NCBI GenBank assembly: GCA_963708025.1
Contig: CAVPSB010000018.1
Coordinates: 224,001-288,000 of the forward strand
Source of the DNA: an uncultured Candidatus Rokubacteria bacterium
Lineage (GTDB): Bacteria > Methylomirabilota > Methylomirabilia > Rokubacteriales > DASRDR01
DNA length: 64,000 nt
Reading direction: 5' to 3'
Part shown: piece after piece, positions 59,328 to 64,000 of the stretch
Layout: every line of letters begins with the position of its first letter
Numbering within the stretch: the stretch's first letter is position 1
Notes under the pieces: model-generated
The model's input: only the letters and a program-made list of their open reading frames with translations
What the model was told of the DNA's origin: nothing
Database searches by the model: none
Position numbers and translations under genes: made by a program

Positions 59328-59657
59328 TTAGCAGGCGCTGATGTCGTTCGGGTTGTACGTGATCTTCCCGTTGGTGGCGTCCGCCGCCCAGTTTGCGCCC
59401 GGGCACTGGAGCGCGAAGCCCTGGACCAGCGTCTGGAGCGTGCCCTGGGTCGGGAAGGTGCCGTCGTTCTTGCCGTAGTAGATCGCGCTGGCCGAGCGGA
59501 GCGCGGCGATCGTGCCGTTGTCGGCGGCCAGCCGGGCCTTCTTCTGGACGTCCTGGTAGAGCGTGATGGCGATGGCCGCGATGATGGCGATGATGGCGAC
59601 GACGACCATCAGCTCGACGAGCGTCACACCACGCTGGTTCCGCATCTGTCGGAACAT
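59328..59657 (-). CDS. Type IV pilin (short)
   Basis: NQRG|VTLVELMVVVAII prepilin motif with E5; C-terminal Cys pair. Confidence 0.9.
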   Translation of the reverse strand: MFRQMRNQRGVTLVELMVVVAIIAIIAAIAITLYQDVQKKARLAADNGTIAALRSASAIYYGKNDGTFPTQGTLQTLVQGFALQCPGANWAADATNGKITYNPNDISAC

Positions 59658-59754
59658 CGAGTTCCCTCCTCTGTACGGGTTCGGATCGGGCAGCCGGCTC
59701 CGGTCCCGAATGAGCGCCGGTCCGGGCTGCGGAATCGCACGCGCCCGGATGTAA

Positions 59755-59770
59755 TGCAAGAAGCGCCCCA
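59755..59770 (-). promoter_or_regulatory. Sigma-54 (-24/-12) promoter of pilin
   Basis: TGGGGCGCTTCTTGCA = GG-N10-GC. Confidence 0.6.
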
Positions 59771-59991
59771 TCACAGGAAGTCCTTGATTCTGCGCTACGC
59801 TTCCCGCCCTCGTGTGGCTCATTCCGGTCCGGCCGGGTGTCAGGACGTCACAGCCGGCGGCCTGCGAATGAGCTCAAGCCCTTGTGGAAGTGAACGAATC
59901 TCGGCTTGCGCCGAGAAACGCGCGCCACGACCAAAAATTGCCAATGCGAGCCACCTAACGGTGGGACGGCGGAGACGGCCGGCGCGGCCTG

Positions 59992-62900
59992 TCAGCTCCG
60001 CTGCGCGTCGGGCAAGGTGGTCGCGACGGCGATGGGGACGACGTCGGCCCGCTCGGGGGCGAGCACGAGCAGGCTGGCGCCGGCGATGCGCAGGCCGGCC
60101 CCTGCCAGGGCGCGGCAGTAGGCGGCGAGCTGGGCCGTCGCCGCCGCGTTGACCGGAGCTAGCTTGACCTCCACCACGACGAGCCCGACGGCCGTCTCGT
60201 ACACGAGGTCGGCCACGCCCTCCACGAGCCGGCCGTCCACCAGCGCGGCCACCGGCAGCTCGCGGAGCGCCCGCCCGGCGCCCGCGGCGGCCTGGTAGGG
60301 CTCCGCGGCCAGGGCGCGCTCGACGAGCCGGCTCGCCGCGGCGATGCGCTCCGCGGGCGCCTCGAGCCGGGTCGCCGCCACCGCCGCCACGGCGCCCGCC
60401 GGTCCGGCGCCGAGGTCGGCAAGCGCGAGCGCCCGGTGGACGAGCGCGCCCAGGCGCGCCCCCTCGCCCCGCGCCGGCCCGTCGCCCGCCGGGTGGAGGA
60501 CGCCCGACGTCTCCCGCCCGCGGGCCAGCACCGCCTCGCGGGCGGCGGCCCAGGTGGCGGGCGGCGTGAGCGCCGGCGCGAAGTCCGCGGGCGCCGCGGT
60601 CGCGACGGGCGCCGCCGACTCCGCGGTCACGCGGCGGGCATCGGCCGTGGCCTCGTCGAGGAGCGGCGCGCAGAAGCCGGCGAAGCCCCGCGGCGTGAAG
60701 CCGGACAGGAGCGGGAGCACCAGGTGATCGCGCGCCCGCGTCGTGGCGACGTAGAAGAGACGGAGCTGCTCGGCCGCCGCGCGCCGCTCCTCGCGCTCGA
60801 CGAGCGCCGCCACGTTGTCCGTCTCCACCGTCCATTCCCCGACCTTGCCGAGGCAGACGCCGAGCGCCGGCTCGCCTGGCCGCCGGTCCACCACCAGCCG
60901 CGGCGTGCCGGCGGTCCGATCCCACTCGAGGTCGGGCAGGACGACGACCGGGAACTCCAGCCCCTTGGCCGAGTGCACGGTCATGAGCCGGACCACCTCG
61001 TCCCCCTCTTCCACGATGGGCGACTCGCTCTCCTCGTACCCACCCCGGTCCTGGGCCCGCAGCCAGCGCACCAGCGCGCGGAAGGTCGAGCGCCCGGTCG
61101 CCTCCAGGGCGCGGGCGGTGTCGAGGATCCGCAGCAGGTTGGCCACGCGCTGGTCCCCGTGCGGGTCGAGCGCGTAGGTCGCGAGGACCTCGGTCTCGAC
61201 GTAGAGGGCCTCGACGATCGCCGCCGCGCTCTCCCGCGGGCGACGGCCGTGGAGGTCGCGCAGGAGCCGCCAGGCGTCGCCGAGCACCGCCGGCGCCGCG
61301 GCCGGCAGCGGATCGAGGTAGGAGAACCGGCCGCCGGCGGCGGCGTGGGCCAGGAAGGCGCCGTCCTCGAGCCCGAAGAACGGCGAGCGGAGCGCGGCCA
61401 CCAGCGCGACGGGGTCGTACGGGTCCTCGATCGCGGTGAGCGCGGCGAGCGCCCAGCCGACCTCGGAGCGCGCGTAGTAGTGCCGCCCGCCCAGGGTTCG
61501 GTACGGCACCCCGGCCGCCCGGAAGGCGTCCTCGTAGACGCCGGCGGCGCCCAGCGTGCGGAAGAGGCAGACGACGTCGCCGTAGCCCGCGGCCCGGGAC
61601 TCGCCGCGCGCGCGGTCGCGCACGCTCCACGCCCGCTCGGCCACCGCCCGCCGGACGAGCGCGGCCAGCGCGTCGGCCTCGCGCGCCCGGCGCGCCTCGA
61701 CGCCGGACGGTGGCGGCGCGTCCGGGGGCTGGTCGAGGAGCAGGGGCGGCTCGCCGTCCGGCGTCCCGGGCGGCGCCACCACCGCGGCGTAGGCGGGCTG
61801 GTAGTCGCCGTCGTCGGGCGGCTGCATCTGCGTCTCGAACAGCCGGTTCACGGCGCCGAGGAGCCGGGTGACCGAGCGGAAGTTGGTCTCCAGCGTCAGG
61901 ACCTCGCCCTGCTCGGCGAGCAGCGCCCGCGCCCGCGCGTAGGTCTCGATGTCGGCCCGGCGGAAGCGGTAGATGGACTGCTTGGGGTCGCCGACGAGGA
62001 ACAGGCGTCCGGGCTCGAGGCGCACCGCGTCCCACGCCGGGGCGGCGGGGCCGGCCGGATCCTCGGCGAGGAAGAAGGCGATCTCGAGCTGGAGCGGGTC
62101 CGTGTCCTGGAACTCGTCGACGAGGAGCGTCCGGTAGCGCGCCTGGAAGTCGCGGCGGACGTCCGGCCGGGCGCGCAGGAGGTCGCGCGTCACCGCCAGG
62201 AGGTCGTGGAAGTCGAGGAGCCCGAGGCGGCGGAGGCGGTCGCGATAGGCGCCGACGAAGCCGGTGAGCCAGCCGGCGAGGCTGGCGGCCAGGTTGTGGA
62301 GCCGGACGGCGCGGGCGGCGGCGACCCGCTCGCCCAGCTCGGTGAGCGCCGTCCGGGCCCGGGCGAGGGTCTCCCGGCCCCACACCGCCTGGTTCCCCCG
62401 CCCCGTGACCTTGCGGAACGGCAGCTCGGTCAGGAGCGCGGTGATCTGCTCCGCCTCGGCCAGCGTCTCGGTGTGGCGGACCCAGGCGACCAGCTCGTCC
62501 AGGTGCTGCACGAGCCGATCGCTGGCGGCGCGGGCCCGGGCCGGGGCCGCCGCGGCGAGCTCCTCGAGCCGATCGCGCACCGCGTGGTTCAGCTCGCCGA
62601 ACGCTTCGGCGAGCGGGCGCCGGCAGCCCGGCGAGGAGATCGCGCTCCCTCACCAGCGCCTCGGCCAGCTCGCGCAGGCTCTGGAGCGGGACGCCGAGGG
62701 CGATCGCTTCCTGGAGCGCCGGCGGCGCGTCGGCGGCGGCCCGCTCGAGCCAGCGCTCCCACGTCTCCTCCAGCAGGAGCGCCGTCTCCAGGGGGTCGGC
62801 GACCCGGAAGCCGGGATCGATGCACGCCTCGACCGGCCGCTGCCGGAGCAGGTCGCCGCAGAACGCGTGGATCGTCCGGATGGGCGCCAGCTCGAGATCC

Positions 62901-63190
62901 GCGAGGGCCTCGTCGAGCCGGCGTTGTTCGGCGCTGGCGGCGTCGGCGGCGTCCGGTCGGGCGCGCTCGATCGCCTCCCGGAGCCGGAGGCGGAGGTCGG
63001 CGGCGGCCTTCTCGGTGAAGGTGATGGCGACCACCTCGTGGAGCCGCGCGCGGCCGCTCCGGACCCACGCCAGGATGCGGGCGACGAGGAGCGTCGTCTT
63101 GCCGCTCCCCGCGGAGGCCTCGACGAGGAAGGACGTGGCGAGGTCCCGCTCCGCCCGCTCCCTGGCCGGAGCGTCGGCGAGCACGGTCAA
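59992..63190 (-). CDS. addA: AddA-like UvrD helicase/nuclease (frameshift near 62600)
   Basis: EASAGSGKTT, ITFTEKAA, TIHAFC, VDEFQDTD, VGDPKQSIYRFR, MTVHSAKGLEFP, YVATTRARD, GVADLV. Confidence 0.9.
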
Positions 63191-63192
63191 TT

Positions 63193-63362
63193 GGGGACCT
63201 CCCGCCTACCCCCCCAGCCCCCCTCCCGATAGACCGGATCGATCGGACGGCCTTCGGCCTGGGGGGGACGGCTCGGGCCTGCGGCCGATCGGACGGCCTT
63301 CGGCCTGTGGGCGACGTTCCGTCCTTCCGGAGGCCACTGGGGGGAGGGGGGTGTCGGAGGAC
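63193..63362 (-). repeat. Family C repeat, copy 6 (two X modules)
   Basis: Colinear with 17121 copy; minus strand ends GGGAGGTCCCCAA-TTG (addA start). Confidence 0.82.
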
Positions 63363-63425
63363 CGAGACCTTCAAGCGCTCTCACTCGACCTCCTCCTGGT
63401 CAGCCACCGCAGCGATCACCCGGAT

Positions 63426-63551
63426 GGTCCCGGGCCGCGGCCCGAGCCCCGCTAGGACGCAGGGAGTCGCCGACCGCAGGCGTACTCCGAGTACGCCGAG
63501 GATCGGCGACGACCGAGGACGCCGCGGGGCGACGGGCCCCGGCCCGGGACC
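63426..63551 (-). repeat. Family A repeat, copy 7 (core with a different outer stem)
   Basis: Core GCTAGGACGCAGGGAGTCGCCGACCGCAGGCGTACTCCGAGTACGCCGAGGATCGGCGACGACCGAGGACG; ends GGTCCCGGGCCG/CGGCCCGGGACC. Confidence 0.85.
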
Positions 63552-63553
63552 GC

Positions 63554-64000
63554 TCACTCGATCTCGGCCAGGCGCGCATAGTCCTCGCGCACCGGGTCTG
63601 CCCGCTTCCGCTCCACCCACGCCACGCGCTCGCGGAGCGGGCCGCACGCCATCTGGTAGTCGCACCACCGGCAGGTCTCGGGCGATGGGTTCTGGAAGAA
63701 GCGGCCGGCCGCGATGCCGTCCAGCACGGTGGCGAGCACCCGGTCGAAGTCGCCCCGCCGGGCCTCCCAGTGGGCGGCGGTGAAGGCGAGCCGCCGCCGC
63801 TCCCCGCGCCGGGTCAGGTAGTAGTACTGCGCCTCCTCGACGCGGGCGTCGAGCCCGCGCGCCCGGCAGAGGGCCTCGGCCGCCAGCCTGTAGACGGGGA
63901 GCTGGAGCGCGGTGCCGGCGGCGAGCTTCCCCCCGGCGCCGCCGCGGCTCTTGCCGCTCTTGTAGTCGATCACGCGGGCCCGCGTGCCTTCCGCCGTGAC
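63554..64000 (-). CDS. addB: AddB-like PD-(D/E)XK nuclease C-terminus (truncated by window edge)
   Basis: VIDYKSG, LQLPVY, CRWCDYQMAC Fe-S cysteines; upstream of addA. Confidence 0.85.
   Translation of the reverse strand, partial: VTAEGTRARVIDYKSGKSRGGAGGKLAAGTALQLPVYRLAAEALCRARGLDARVEEAQYYYLTRRGERRRLAFTAAHWEARRGDFDRVLATVLDGIAAGRFFQNPSPETCRWCDYQMACGPLRERVAWVERKRADPVREDYARLAEIE

Noticed and set aside
59328-59657. Pilin as a conductive e-pilin
   Set aside because: Only 7 aromatic residues in 99, no Phe1, and a 25-residue aromatic-free gap.
30097-62650. Isolated frameshifts (about 30200, 38343, 48540-48900, 51775, 62600) as programmed frameshifting or phase variation
   Set aside because: No slippery heptamers or simple-sequence tracts at the sites; includes the core gene addA; most consistent with sequencing indels.
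1086-63551. Recurrent peptides such as RSSPILGVLGVRLRSATPCVL and PPTPQPPSP
   Set aside because: Translations of the intergenic repeats, not a protein family.
1086-63551. Repeats as a CRISPR array or IS elements
   Set aside because: Dispersed, not regularly spaced; no spacers, cas genes, transposase or target-site duplications.
1-64000. Many long overlapping or antisense ORFs in the track (e.g. 15121-17274 -, 30537-32864 +, 60436-63018 +)
   Set aside because: Shadow ORFs expected at this GC content; Arg/Pro/Gly-rich with no motifs, opposite recognisable genes.

Overview
Very GC-rich bacterial chromosomal window (gene content and repeat style resemble Rokubacteria/Methylomirabilota; this is inference, not demonstrated). 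It carries mostly housekeeping and transport genes: a hybrid kinase, an MFS transporter, fhs, sugar-, Gld-like, branched-chain and polar amino-acid ABC transporters, a GH39 hydrolase, two dihydropyrimidinase-like amidohydrolases, a BisC-like molybdoenzyme, adenosine deaminase, HU, a D,D-carboxypeptidase, a SagB-type oxidoreductase, a type IV pilin and addAB. Accessory content is two toxin-antitoxin pairs and a heavily frameshifted type I restriction-modification island (hsdR - TIGR02391-like gene - hsdS - fic - hsdM). Highlights: (1) a MerB-like organometal lyase whose second catalytic Cys codon is an in-frame TGA followed by a SECIS-like hairpin, i.e. a probable selenoprotein that the ORF track splits; (2) dispersed, modular, structurally conserved intergenic repeat families with compensatory base changes, an exchangeable 25-nt sub-module, GNA-triloop mini-hairpins and, in one family, a terminal Shine-Dalgarno positioned to serve the downstream gene; (3) a PrrC-like placement of an intact TIGR02391-like gene inside the RM operon plus a duplicated palindromic element bracketing fic-hsdM; (4) an in-frame palindromic insertion in a SnoaL-like gene. 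Many frameshifts may be assembly indels. No rRNA, tRNA or CRISPR array was recognised.
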